A model generated the notes under the pieces. The model did no database searches. It saw only the letters and a list, made by a program, of their open reading frames with translations, and was not told the DNA's origin. The position numbers and the translations under genes were made by a program. A stretch of DNA of 64,000 nt from Candidatus Nanohaloarchaea archaeon (GTDB taxonomy: Archaea > Nanohalarchaeota > Nanosalinia > Nanosalinales > Nanosalinaceae), in NCBI GenBank assembly GCA_041640035.1, contig JBEQBC010000001.1, positions 64,001 through 128,000 of the forward strand, given 5' to 3'. How positions within the stretch are numbered: the stretch's first letter is position 1; each line of letters starts with the position of its first letter. Of the stretch, positions 10,316 through 19,391 are shown piece by piece.

Positions 10316-11023
10316 CTATCCGAATACTTCTTCCTCATCACGGCCTTTCTGAACAACTTCCTGCCAGTAAATACATCTATCTGCCAGAGGACCATCACCA
10401 CAGGTCGGATTACGAGCCTTACAATGCTCACGACCATGAGTAATCAGTAAACGATGGAAACCATACTTGATATCATCAGGAACCTTCTCATCCAAGATCT
10501 TATGCGCCTGCTTCCGTGACGCATCCTTCGGAATCAAACCAAGCCTCTTAGAAATACGGTGAACATGAGTATCAACAGGAATAACCGGCTTCTTGAAATG
10601 GAAACACAGGATGATTGCTGCGGTCTTCGGACCGATACCAGGAATATCCTCAAGCCAGTCCTTAGCTTCATCAACGCTCATCTCCTCGATGAAGTCCAGG
10701 CTGTATTCTCCTCCCGTTTCTTCACGGATGATACGCAAAGCATTCTGGATACGGTTAGCCTTGGTAGGACCTAATCCAGCTACACGGATAGTTTCGGTCA
10801 GTTCCTCAACATCGTCATGTTCAACTTCCTCCCAGGAATCATACTCTTCCTGAAGGTTGTCAAACGCCTTATCCCGGTTAATATCGTTAGTGTTCTGTGA
10901 AAGAATTGTCTCTACAAGGTACTCTACACCTGTCAGTTCTGGGGGTTCCGGTGCCTCTCCGTAGAAATCCCTGAGTTCCTGGTATATCTCTCTTATCTCC
11001 TCTGCTTCATCTTCGCCGCTCAT
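10316..11023 (-). CDS. nth: Endonuclease III (HhH-GPD glycosylase), paralogue 1
   Basis: ILSQNTND, IPGIGPKTA (HhH), PVDTHVHRI; start moved to MSGEDE. Confidence 0.9.
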   Translation of the reverse strand: MSGEDEAEEIREIYQELRDFYGEAPEPPELTGVEYLVETILSQNTNDINRDKAFDNLQEEYDSWEEVEHDDVEELTETIRVAGLGPTKANRIQNALRIIREETGGEYSLDFIEEMSVDEAKDWLEDIPGIGPKTAAIILCFHFKKPVIPVDTHVHRISKRLGLIPKDASRKQAHKILDEKVPDDIKYGFHRLLITHGREHCKARNPTCGDGPLADRCIYWQEVVQKGRDEEEVFG

Positions 11024-11027
11024 CTTA

Positions 11028-11894
11028 TCATTCAGTATCTGTAAGCAGTTTTTTGAATCTGAACTGGTACAATGCGTCAACAGTTTTCCGGTTATCATCG
11101 AAGCCGCCAAGATACTCTCCCTCTTCAATTTCCTGGCAGACCTGTCTCTCACCTACAAGGTAGATATCACTGTTTTCAAGCTCCGCGATCTTTTCCTCAA
11201 CCAGTTCCGAGAACTCCACGATCTGCTGATCCCGTTTCCTCTCGAAACGGCCCTGACTGAACCCGCCCTTGCTATGTTGTTTCTCTATACGGGTCTTCAG
11301 GTCTTCAACTTTCTCGATATCTCCGTTCTGCTCCCTGTAGATATGTGCGTTTCCTGTTGATACTGTTACCCATATCTTCTCCTGCCAGATAAACTCCTCA
11401 ATCTGCTGGACGCTGAAGCTTTCATCCACGGTTATATCCTCTGCGTAGAACGGCCGGGTGCGGAGCAAGTAGTCTAAGAAACCGTTATCCGTAAATAGGA
11501 TAAACTCCTCATGTCCGGATACCTCTTCAATCACTTTCTTCTCTACAAAGTTATCTAGCTCGAAATCTCCGTAGCTATAGATAGTAACCATTTCATCGTG
11601 CTTGATCGAACTTAGCTTGTTGATCAGTTCTTTGGCCTCTTTGAAGCTCAGCCTTGTGAAACCTGTTTTCGTGGTTTCCTCTGTTTTTTCCTCTTCTTTC
11701 TGCGATTCCAGTTTGTCCTTCAGCCGGTTGAGTTCTTCCTGCGCCTGTTGTTTCTCCCGAGCTAGTTTCTTCCGTTTTTCTTCACTTCCCTCTAACTGGG
11801 CTTCCAGGCTCTCTACCTCTTCTTTCAGCTCTTGAATCTCTTCCTCTTTTTCCTCGATCTCCTGTTCCAGTTCATCGCTGTTTCCGAACAACAT
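11028..11894 (-). CDS. Vms1/Ankzf1-like (VLRF1) release-factor homologue with N-terminal coiled coil
   Basis: HSKGGFSQGRFERKR catalytic-loop motif; N-terminal coiled coil as in haloarchaeal homologues. Confidence 0.8.
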   Translation of the reverse strand: MLFGNSDELEQEIEEKEEEIQELKEEVESLEAQLEGSEEKRKKLAREKQQAQEELNRLKDKLESQKEEEKTEETTKTGFTRLSFKEAKELINKLSSIKHDEMVTIYSYGDFELDNFVEKKVIEEVSGHEEFILFTDNGFLDYLLRTRPFYAEDITVDESFSVQQIEEFIWQEKIWVTVSTGNAHIYREQNGDIEKVEDLKTRIEKQHSKGGFSQGRFERKRDQQIVEFSELVEEKIAELENSDIYLVGERQVCQEIEEGEYLGGFDDNRKTVDALYQFRFKKLLTDTE

Positions 11895-11986
11895 ACTTTT
11901 TTGATGCTGTTTCCACCGTCAAAAACCTTTGCTACTACCTGCTGAGGAAAACCCTTTTAAATTTAGCAGAGCTTAACGGTTACCAA

Positions 11987-12301
11987 GTGGTTAAATCAAT
12001 GCCAGAACTAACAGTTGAGGAACTTGACGCGGAATCTGATGATGTCGAAATCACAGGAACAATCAAAAGACTGCCAACACCAAGAGCAGTATCCACTCAG
12101 TACGGACAGAAACGAATCACGACAGTAGTATTCGAGGACGAAACAGGAGAAATCGACCTCACACTCTGGGAAGAAGAGATCGACGCAATCGAAGAAGGAG
12201 CAGATGTCAAGATCGAAGGAGCATATGTCCGAGAATGGGCTGACGACATTCAGCTCAATATCGGAAGAGACGGCTCCATCGAAAGAACCGACGAAGAATA
12301 A
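11987..12301 (+). CDS. Single OB-fold ssDNA-binding protein (SSB/RPA)
   Basis: DETGEIDLTLW...VKIEGAYVREW...QLNIGRDG. Confidence 0.85.
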   Translation: MVKSMPELTVEELDAESDDVEITGTIKRLPTPRAVSTQYGQKRITTVVFEDETGEIDLTLWEEEIDAIEEGADVKIEGAYVREWADDIQLNIGRDGSIERTDEE

Positions 12302-12423
12302 GGTTCTTCACCGTCTAAACAGGCTTTTTCTTCAGAAAAAACCATATCTATTTCCCTCTTTAATTTTCCACTAAGCACGGTTTCAATCAATTTTTTTGAA
12401 TTAGGCAGTTCTACTACCTGTTT

Positions 12424-13176
12424 ATGCCGGAAGAAACAGAATCGGATAACGCCGTGTTCGGATATGGAAGCCTGATACTACCGACCTCACTGGTCAGCCG
12501 TTTCGTAGACCTAGAGGAAGAAGTCGACCCGATATACGAGGAAGAACTTGGACTGGAGGACGAAGGCCTGGTCCGTGAAGAAGCAGAAGAAGCATGGCAG
12601 GAGCTACAGGAAGAGATAAATGTACTACCGGTCAGAGTACCGGGATTCCAGAGAAAATACAGTTATGAATCACCACGCGGCGGCGCAATGCTGGAAGCAG
12701 ACTACACCGGCAGCGATGAAGACTACATCAACGGCGTACTTGTAACAGGTATCAGCGAAGAGAAAAAACAGGAGATGGACTCCACAGAGGACGGCTACCA
12801 ACGCATAGAAGTACCCCTGGAAGATGTCGAACACTACCTCAGCGACGACCAACTTGAAGAAATGGATGTAGACCTACCTGAAAACATCGAGATCTATGTA
12901 GCAGAAGAAGACTCAGAAATGTTCGACGGAGAAACCGATCGCTCCAAGAATGAGACCTACCACGCAAGAATAATGAAAGGAATCGAGATGCTGGGCGAGA
13001 TGTACGGCGAAGAAGTAGCACAGGACTTCTACGAAGACTTTCTGGACTCAACGCAGGAAAGAAACTTTCTCACAGATGAAGACTGGAAGGACTCATCGTA
13101 CAACGAAGCGATAGAGTACCTTTTCGAAGAAGTACTGGATGAAGAAGCCGAAGAGATCGAGGAAGAATATGAGTAA
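12424..13176 (+). CDS. Gamma-glutamylcyclotransferase-like protein
   Basis: N-terminal VFGYGSL, NGVLV and D..E.GY.R motifs of the GGCT/ChaC fold. Confidence 0.65.
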   Translation: MPEETESDNAVFGYGSLILPTSLVSRFVDLEEEVDPIYEEELGLEDEGLVREEAEEAWQELQEEINVLPVRVPGFQRKYSYESPRGGAMLEADYTGSDEDYINGVLVTGISEEKKQEMDSTEDGYQRIEVPLEDVEHYLSDDQLEEMDVDLPENIEIYVAEEDSEMFDGETDRSKNETYHARIMKGIEMLGEMYGEEVAQDFYEDFLDSTQERNFLTDEDWKDSSYNEAIEYLFEEVLDEEAEEIEEEYE

Positions 13177-13281
13177 GGAAGGATTTCTGGGATACGACTT
13201 TCTACATAGGTACTTCTTTATCCCGAGTTGAGCAGTAAACCGGTTTTAACAAGATTGCCTTGTAGTGTTTTTCACAGACAG

Positions 13282-14367
13282 ATGGGAATCGAAGACCGTA
13301 TCCAGGAACTCGAGGATAAACTTGAGAAGACTCCGGTCAATAAGGCAACAGAGAAGGAGCGCGGAAGACTCAAGTCACAGATCGCGCAGCTGAAGGAAGA
13401 GAAACAGCAGAAACAGAAAGGTACCGGAGACACCTCAGGATACGCAGTAGAGAAAAAAGGCGACGCAACCGTAGCACTTGTCGGATTTCCATCAGTAGGT
13501 AAAAGTACTCTTCTGAACAATCTTACTAACGCAGAAGTCGACACCGGCGCATACGAATTCACAACACTAGATGTACATCCAGGGATGCTCAAGTACAAGG
13601 GCGCGAATATCCAGATCATGGATGTACCCGGACTTATAGGCGGTGCAGCAGACGGCCGAGGAGATGGAACACAGGTACTATCAGTCGTCAGAAACGCAGA
13701 CCTCGTACTCTATGTACTAGATCCTGAAGAGATGAGAGTCGACACTATCAAGGAGGAAATCTACAACGCAGGTATAAGAACAAATACTACACCTCCAGAT
13801 GTAAAGATAGAGAAGAAGGACCGTGGCGCAATCAGTATCTCCAGCACAGTCGACCTCTCCGTTCAAGAAGAAACCTTGAAGCAGGTTATGCGTGACAACG
13901 GCTATGTTAACGCAGAGGTTATAATCCGTGAAGATGTTGACCTGGACCGGTTCATTGATGTTATGCGAAGCAACCGCGTCTACATGCCGGCGGTAACAGT
14001 CGTGAACAAGGCAGATATGCTTTCCGATGAGGAGAAAGAAGAACTGGATGCTGATGTCGATCTGTTTATTTCAGCTGTCGATCATATTAATCTGGATGAG
14101 CTGAGGGAGATGATCTTCGATAAACTCGGTCTTATCCGTGTATACATGAAGGAGAAAGGTGAAGAAGCTGATAAGGATGAGCCCTTGATACTGCGTGAAG
14201 GTGATACTGTGGAGGATGCTCTTGACACGCTTCCAGGTGATATGAGAGACAGGTTCAAGAAGGCGAAGGTTAGCGGTGAGAGCTCCAAGTTCCCTCAGCA
14301 GAAGGTTGGAGAGGAGCATGAACTCATGGATGAAGATGTACTTGAACTGAACCTAAGACATATATAG
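13282..14367 (+). CDS. drg: DRG/OBG-family GTP-binding protein with TGS domain
   Basis: GFPSVGKST, YEFTTL, DVPGLI, NKAD; C-terminal TGS-like region. Confidence 0.93.
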   Translation: MGIEDRIQELEDKLEKTPVNKATEKERGRLKSQIAQLKEEKQQKQKGTGDTSGYAVEKKGDATVALVGFPSVGKSTLLNNLTNAEVDTGAYEFTTLDVHPGMLKYKGANIQIMDVPGLIGGAADGRGDGTQVLSVVRNADLVLYVLDPEEMRVDTIKEEIYNAGIRTNTTPPDVKIEKKDRGAISISSTVDLSVQEETLKQVMRDNGYVNAEVIIREDVDLDRFIDVMRSNRVYMPAVTVVNKADMLSDEEKEELDADVDLFISAVDHINLDELREMIFDKLGLIRVYMKEKGEEADKDEPLILREGDTVEDALDTLPGDMRDRFKKAKVSGESSKFPQQKVGEEHELMDEDVLELNLRHI

Positions 14368-14454
14368 AAAACTAGCCTTGAAACAAAGGAATTTAAACCG
14401 TTTAGAGCTTCTCTGCCGTGTTTTAAATCGGTTAAACTTGGTGTAAACCGTTTG

Positions 14455-14463
14455 GTATATAAA
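14455..14463 (+). promoter_or_regulatory. TATA box for a stand-alone short transcript
   Basis: GTATATAAA about 25 nt upstream of 14488; T-rich terminator-like tract after 14645. Confidence 0.5.
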
Positions 14464-14487
14464 GTTTTTTCTCCTTTTTACTTCTTG

Positions 14488-14640
14488 ATGGCAACCGATT
14501 TTTCGGATGATACCGGTCATCAGATTCCGGTGGAGTTCGAACAAGGTAGGTTACCAGGACGCTTTTTGAGTTATGTCAAGAACCTGGTAAGGGGCTAAAA
14601 AATCCGAAAACCTATAGTTTTTCACGGCCCACCACCCAAC
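14488..14640 (+). ncRNA. Candidate structured RNA (also contains a 36-codon ORF, 14488..14598)
   Basis: Nested helices TTTTCGGAT/ATCCGAAAA, ACCGG/CCGGT, TTACCAGG/CCTGGTAA, TTTTTGA/TCAAGAA between a TATA box and a T-tract. Confidence 0.45.
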
Positions 14641-14736
14641 TCTACTTTTCTTTTATAATTTCCAAATTCAGAGTACACTCAACAGATGATTTCAGTTAAA
14701 AATAGATATTAGAGAGAAAAAAGAATATTTGGTTAG

Positions 14737-15111
14737 TTACTCGATTGCTCGAGCGTTTATAACGCCGTCCTGTCCAGGTCGGGAAGTAATCTCTGCCTTA
14801 CCTTCGCTGGTCTGAACGATAGTACCTTTAGTTAGAAGAGATCTTCTTACAAAGTTAGGATTAGCAGGGTTCTCTTCAACTGCCTCAATCTCAACTTCCT
14901 TAACTTCTCCGTCTACAGCCAGGTTAGCTGTTTCAGCTTTCCTTACAACTGTCTTACTGTTTCCTCCTCGTGTTTCCTTGAAAACTACTTTGCTTCCGCC
15001 GAACTGAGGTTCGGAGAACTCCGATCCAATATCGTATTTACGGCTTTTTCTGTAACTACGGGTTTTACCTCCGCTCTTCTTAGTCTGAGATCGTTTATGC
15101 CAAACTGCCAT
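14737..15111 (-). CDS. rps8e: 30S ribosomal protein S8e
   Basis: KKSGGK, TRGGN, ENPANPNFVRR..LTKG, ITSRPGQDGVINA. Confidence 0.97.
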   Translation of the reverse strand: MAVWHKRSQTKKSGGKTRSYRKSRKYDIGSEFSEPQFGGSKVVFKETRGGNSKTVVRKAETANLAVDGEVKEVEIEAVEENPANPNFVRRSLLTKGTIVQTSEGKAEITSRPGQDGVINARAIE

Positions 15112-15281
15112 ACTCTTTTTATGACTGTGAAATTTTATAAAGCAAAAACCTGATTCAACGCGTTCATACGCATAGCAACACCAACACGCAGAACAATGAA
15201 ATGGTGTTCTGAACCGGTATTCTGGAAAGTGTTTAAATAACTTGTAGGTTCATTCCTTTCCTACAGGTGTAACTACCACAA

Positions 15282-15521
15282 ATGGCAAATAACAGTAAAA
15301 GACCGTTCGATGTACTAGATCAGTCAAAAGGAGAAAATGTACTAATTGACCTCAAACGATTCGGAGATGAAGAGGCAACAGTTTCAGGAGAACTACAGGC
15401 ATTCGATAAACACCTGAATGTTTGGCTAGAAAACGCTTCAGTAAAAACAGATGATGGAACAACACAGTACGGGAAGCTCTTCGTAAGAGGAGACAATGTA
15501 CTGTTCGTAAGCCCAGAGTGA
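15282..15521 (+). CDS. lsm: Sm-like (Lsm/SmAP) RNA-binding protein
   Basis: RPFDVL, Sm1 [11 protein letters not shown], Sm2 VRGDNV; conserved linkage to L37e. Confidence 0.92.
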   Translation: MANNSKRPFDVLDQSKGENVLIDLKRFGDEEATVSGELQAFDKHLNVWLENASVKTDDGTTQYGKLFVRGDNVLFVSPE

Positions 15522-15528
15522 TTCAACC

Positions 15529-15690
15529 ATGGGAATGAACAAAGGAAAACGAAACAAGAAAAAGCACGGAAAATGCAGAAGATGCGGCAAAGCATCTTAC
15601 AACCTACAGAAAGGACAGTGCGCACACTGCGGATTCGGAAAAACCGCAAAACGCAACGACTTCGACAAAGACAAGCCTAGAAAAGACTGA
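15529..15690 (+). CDS. rpl37e: 50S ribosomal protein L37e (not in ORF track)
   Basis: Manual translation [42 protein letters not shown]...; CRRCG/CAHCGFG zinc ribbon. Confidence 0.93.
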   Translation: MGMNKGKRNKKKHGKCRRCGKASYNLQKGQCAHCGFGKTAKRNDFDKDKPRKD

Positions 15691-15719
15691 AAACTGGCTT
15701 AAAAAACACATATTTCCGC

Positions 15720-15869
15720 GGGCTCGTAGCTCAGTCTGGCAGAGCACCGGGCTTTTAACAACTCAAACTTAGGTTAAAAGCACTGAGCCACTTATGTGGC
15801 GATGACGAACCGTTTAACCACTACTCGGAAGAAACCCGGTAGTCGCGGGTTCAAATCCCGTCGAGCCCA
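15720..15869 (+). tRNA. tRNA-Lys(UUU) with 76-nt intron at 37/38 (intron 15758..15833)
   Basis: Acceptor GGGCTCG/CGAGCCC-A, anticodon stem CCGGG/CCCGG with CT-TTT-A, T-arm GGGTTCAAATCCC, bulge-helix-bulge-like junction. Confidence 0.93.
15758..15833 (+). ncRNA. Intron-encoded box C/D-type guide RNA candidate
   Basis: GGTTAAAAGC-A-CTGA, hairpin GCCAC-TTAT-GTGGC, then G-ATGACGA; the guide is complementary to the spliced anticodon loop. Confidence 0.7.
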
Positions 15870-15917
15870 CTCAATAACTCCTTAAAAATTTACAAAGGAG
15901 TTAACCTATACACGCAA

Positions 15918-15992
15918 GGACCGGTAGCTTAGCCAGGTTATAGCGCCACGCTGATAACGTGGAGATCCCCAGTTCAAATCTGGGCCGGTCCA
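15918..15992 (+). tRNA. tRNA-Ile(GAU)
   Basis: Acceptor GGACCGG/CCGGTCC-A, anticodon arm CCACG-CT-GAT-AA-CGTGG, TTCAAAT loop. Confidence 0.95.
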
Positions 15993-16213
15993 CTTTTCTC
16001 CGATTTCATCTGTCATCCTATTATATTACTAAAAATTTTGTTCACTGGCGGTAGGATTTGGACTGATAAAAACTTTATATGCTGCTGATTCTCGATAGAG
16101 TTGGATAGAAGAAAATATGATGAGTTGTTAGAGAAATTAGACTCTATAGAAGAGATAGCATATCCTAAGCCAAGTTAGAAAAATTTAAGTCCGTAGTAAA
16201 TGAATAAAACTGC

Positions 16214-17158
16214 ATGGAAAGTCTGCTAAATACTAGTAATTTGAACGAGGAGTTAAAATATTCTCTAGAACAGCTTAAAAAACACATAGAAGATACGAAT
16301 ACAGATTTTCACGATCATTTTTATCCCGAAAAGAAGGAGCAACTCAAGAAGTCTATAGAAAAACTAGATAATAATAAAGAACTTGATTTTAGAACTTTAT
16401 CAGAGATTTCTGAAATTCTTAATTTCAAGAGAATGTCTCCGGCACTGGAATTGGCCGAGAAGAAATTTGAAATGGAGCAAAATGTTTCTAGCAGATTAGA
16501 AGAGATAATATATTCGTATGAAAGCTGGGGTATAGAAGAGAATACGCTCTCACAATTGAATCAACAATATCAAGAAATTCTGCTAAATTCAGTTTATGAA
16601 GGTTTGTTTAGGAAGGGAATAAAGAAATCGGATAGAGAAGCTTGGTCTTCTATAAAATTCAACAAAGGCGGTAGGACATTATACAAGTATATTTTTGATG
16701 TGGTTAAGGGGTGGCCACAAGAAGATTTATGTGCTATATGGGCGGAAGAGGTACTTAATTCTTCGTTTCCTGAAGTGGAAGTCTTGAAGGAAGCACATGA
16801 TAGCGAAAGAGTATTCAAATATAGTAAAAAAGGGCAGAGTATTAGTGGAGAGCCGGATCTACTGATTGATGTAGCCGGAACTAAGGTAGCTTTGGAGGTT
16901 CAACATGTTACGAAAAACAGTAGGGTTAAGACTAAGAATTTAATAAGAGTACCCTCTCATCGGATTGAGGAATCTAAGAAATGGGGTAAGAACTATATTC
17001 TGCTAATTCCGTATGTTGAAGATGATCAAGTTACAAAAAGAGCAGCAATTTTCCATGGACCTCTTGAGGAAGCTGATAGAGATGACTATATTGAAGGAGA
17101 ATTCTACCCTCTCGAAAAAGTAGAGGAAAAATTAAGTGATATGACTGAGAATCAGTGA
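16214..17158 (+). CDS. Putative PD-(D/E)xK nuclease (restriction endonuclease-like), AT-rich
   Basis: GEPDLLIDVAGTKVALEVQH resembles PD..(D/E)xK/Q; atypical composition directly after tRNA-Ile. Confidence 0.55.
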   Translation: MESLLNTSNLNEELKYSLEQLKKHIEDTNTDFHDHFYPEKKEQLKKSIEKLDNNKELDFRTLSEISEILNFKRMSPALELAEKKFEMEQNVSSRLEEIIYSYESWGIEENTLSQLNQQYQEILLNSVYEGLFRKGIKKSDREAWSSIKFNKGGRTLYKYIFDVVKGWPQEDLCAIWAEEVLNSSFPEVEVLKEAHDSERVFKYSKKGQSISGEPDLLIDVAGTKVALEVQHVTKNSRVKTKNLIRVPSHRIEESKKWGKNYILLIPYVEDDQVTKRAAIFHGPLEEADRDDYIEGEFYPLEKVEEKLSDMTENQ

Positions 17159-17176
17159 ATATTCAACCTATGTTAT

Positions 17177-17446
17177 TTACAGATCTCCGCCTGCATCTCT
17201 TATACTCATCACAGGATTACCTCCGATTTTACCGCCGCTGTATTCTTTCGGTCTAGCTGCCCTGATATCAGGGTCCCGGAATGTATGATCTATCTCAGCT
17301 ACCTGATCTATGTATTCCTCCCAGGCTTCTGGCAGGTGACCGTAGTTGAATCCTGTTGAAATCGTCATAGGATCTTCATCTCTACTGTTCGTGATCGTAT
17401 AATCGATTGTGAAGTCTTTTTCCTCATCATCGTAATCCCTCCGCAT
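17177..17446 (-). CDS. Hypothetical protein (start uncertain)
   Basis: Acidic 89-aa ORF; the frame stays open about 25 codons upstream without a start codon. Confidence 0.45.
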   Translation of the reverse strand: MRRDYDDEEKDFTIDYTITNSRDEDPMTISTGFNYGHLPEAWEEYIDQVAEIDHTFRDPDIRAARPKEYSGGKIGGNPVMSIRDAGGDL

Positions 17447-17622
17447 TAGAACCGCTAGATTCTCTTCTTCAATTCCAGATAGGTGGTTATCGTGTCTGTA
17501 ATTATATCGGCGTTCTCCACTTTATCACATCGGCATTAATGTTGTGCTGAAGTGAATAATAAATCAGCGATCTCTGGATAAACTCGAACTAATTTTTATT
17601 CCTGAAAACCGAATCCTATTCT

Positions 17623-18174
17623 ATGAAGGTATATCTTGTGACCGGGAACAGCGAGAAGCTGGAGGCGGCAGAACACGCGTTAGGCGACTCTTTCGATATC
17701 AATCAGATTGATCCTGACTTGCCTGAGATACAGGCGGACAGCAGTTTGAAGGTTGCAAGACACACGGTAGAGCAGTTGATCGATGAGTACGATGCGCCTG
17801 TTATTCGTGAAGATCACAGCGTATACTTGAATGCTTTCCAGGGTTTTCCAGGTCCGTACATGAGTTACTATGATCGGAATATGCCTGTAGAGGATTTACT
17901 GAAGATGCTGGAAGGTGTTGAGGACAGAACCGGTTACTTTGAGATATCTACGGTTCTCGGACTTCTGGATGGCGAGATCAGGGAGTACAGTTTCCAGGTA
18001 CCTATCGAGTTTGTGGAAGAACCGAGAGGAGATAAAGGTAACTGGATCCGGGTGATGAAGCTGGAAGATGGAGAAAAGACTTTTGCGGAGTCTGATAGCA
18101 GTGAAAGAATGGATAAATGGAATAGGAACTTCCGGAAGATCGCGGATGAATTAGAGGAGTTGAACCGCGGTTAA
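17623..18174 (+). CDS. rdgB: Non-canonical purine NTP pyrophosphatase (Ham1/RdgB)
   Basis: LVTGNSEK, LPEIQA, REDHSVY..AFQGFPGPY, KTFAE. Confidence 0.88.
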   Translation: MKVYLVTGNSEKLEAAEHALGDSFDINQIDPDLPEIQADSSLKVARHTVEQLIDEYDAPVIREDHSVYLNAFQGFPGPYMSYYDRNMPVEDLLKMLEGVEDRTGYFEISTVLGLLDGEIREYSFQVPIEFVEEPRGDKGNWIRVMKLEDGEKTFAESDSSERMDKWNRNFRKIADELEELNRG

Positions 18175-18201
18175 AAAGTTTACTTTTTGATAACAACAAG
18201 T

Positions 18202-18588
18202 ATGCCTCCGTCTCTTGAACCGGACTACCAAGAAGAACAACTCGACGAACTTTCTGACCTTCAGATGGCCTCACATCTTTACGGAATAACGAAGGCCAAG
18301 CATGAGGAGCAGGTCGAGGAACAGCTGGAAAATGTATACGAGAAGGTTCAGGAGTACAGGAAGGCAAAGATGCCGGGAACCCGTGAAAGCAAGATGGAGA
18401 AAGGCACAGAGATCTGGGCAGAAGCAGCCAAGTACTGGGACATGACAGATAAATATGACAGCGAAGCGCTCGCAGCAGCCACGCCTATTTTCGTAGTTCA
18501 TTCTGAAGGAATCGGTGTAGGTATGCAGGAATCCGATGACCTGGAGGACTTAAGAGAACGGCTTGATGGCGGTATAGAAGGATTTTAA
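18202..18588 (+). CDS. Hypothetical acidic protein
   Basis: ORF with typical codon use; no motif. Confidence 0.55.
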   Translation: MPPSLEPDYQEEQLDELSDLQMASHLYGITKAKHEEQVEEQLENVYEKVQEYRKAKMPGTRESKMEKGTEIWAEAAKYWDMTDKYDSEALAAATPIFVVHSEGIGVGMQESDDLEDLRERLDGGIEGF

Positions 18589-18649
18589 TATAAGATGTAT
18601 GTAGATGACCACATCATTTTTAACTTCTTGATAACGAATCCAGTTTATA

Positions 18650-19330
18650 GTGAGTGACTCTCTGGAATCTCAGCACACCAATGTTGTTGAACAGTTAGAG
18701 GCTCACTTTTCTCCTTTACTCGACCGTGAAGAAGTCCGCTGGGATACAATCCTGGTCGAAGAAGAGCAACCTTCACAGCACCTGGATATTGAAGCTACTC
18801 TGGACCGAGAAGTTGATATTGCACTGGTGAATGGTACAGAGGCATATGTTCTAGAAGTCAAGACTACGGATAACGATATCAAAAAGGCTGAGGACCAGGT
18901 TGACGAGATAGTGGATTTCTTCAGCGAAGCAGGATACGATGTCTGGGGCAACTACCTTTTGGAGGAGCGTAACGAACATATGGACTCAGAGGAACTGGCT
19001 CAGAAGATCCACAGCTTTTTCGGAGGAGTCTTCAGCAAGGATGATCTTTCAGGTATCATACATTACCAGAACAGCTGGGGAAGCTTCGGGTACATCAAGA
19101 GCTCTGTTTCAAGAGACCTGACGGATGTCGATCCCTATAGAAGCTTCCATGTTGACAGTTCGCCGTACGACCTGGAGGTGCTTGGTGAACGAGGTGTGAT
19201 GGCGTCGGATGACGGCGATGTTTACAGGTTTACTTCGGATTATCAGGATTTGATTGATAACGGTGAACCGGATTTCAGGTTCATGCTGGAGCCTAGGGCG
19301 TACGAGAAGTTTGATCTCAACAGCTCCTAG
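18650..19330 (+). CDS. PD-(D/E)xK nuclease-fold protein
   Basis: REVDIALV...YVLEVKT...KAEDQ pattern (D-x-EVK-x-Q). Confidence 0.55.
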   Translation: MSDSLESQHTNVVEQLEAHFSPLLDREEVRWDTILVEEEQPSQHLDIEATLDREVDIALVNGTEAYVLEVKTTDNDIKKAEDQVDEIVDFFSEAGYDVWGNYLLEERNEHMDSEELAQKIHSFFGGVFSKDDLSGIIHYQNSWGSFGYIKSSVSRDLTDVDPYRSFHVDSSPYDLEVLGERGVMASDDGDVYRFTSDYQDLIDNGEPDFRFMLEPRAYEKFDLNSS

Positions 19331-19391
19331 TTATTTTACTACTTTCAGATTACAAAACTGTTTTAAGGATTTTACCATCAACTTGTTCAAC

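Noticed and set aside
14490-14530. Minus-strand CTGATGA...GAAA suggesting a hammerhead ribozyme
   Set aside because: Stem II closing pair and stems I/III cannot be formed properly; the promoter points to the plus strand
14488-14640. RNase P RNA, SRP RNA or 5S rRNA identity for the structured element
   Set aside because: Lacks the GAGGAAAGUCC/AACAGAA RNase P motifs, the SRP helix-8 motif and 5S conserved blocks
15809-15829. Second guide plus degenerate D box (CGGA) in the tRNA-Lys intron
   Set aside because: No matching box C and no target identifiable in this window
16041-16066. Reverse-oriented T-arm-like fragments after tRNA-Ile (and at about 24794-24816 after tRNA-Thr)
   Set aside because: Too short and degenerate to call as att sites or split tRNA halves
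17446-17540. Possible stop-codon readthrough upstream of 17177..17446 (ATG CCG ATG TGA TAA, then open frame)
   Set aside because: Two consecutive stops; more simply a degraded 5' end or a downstream start
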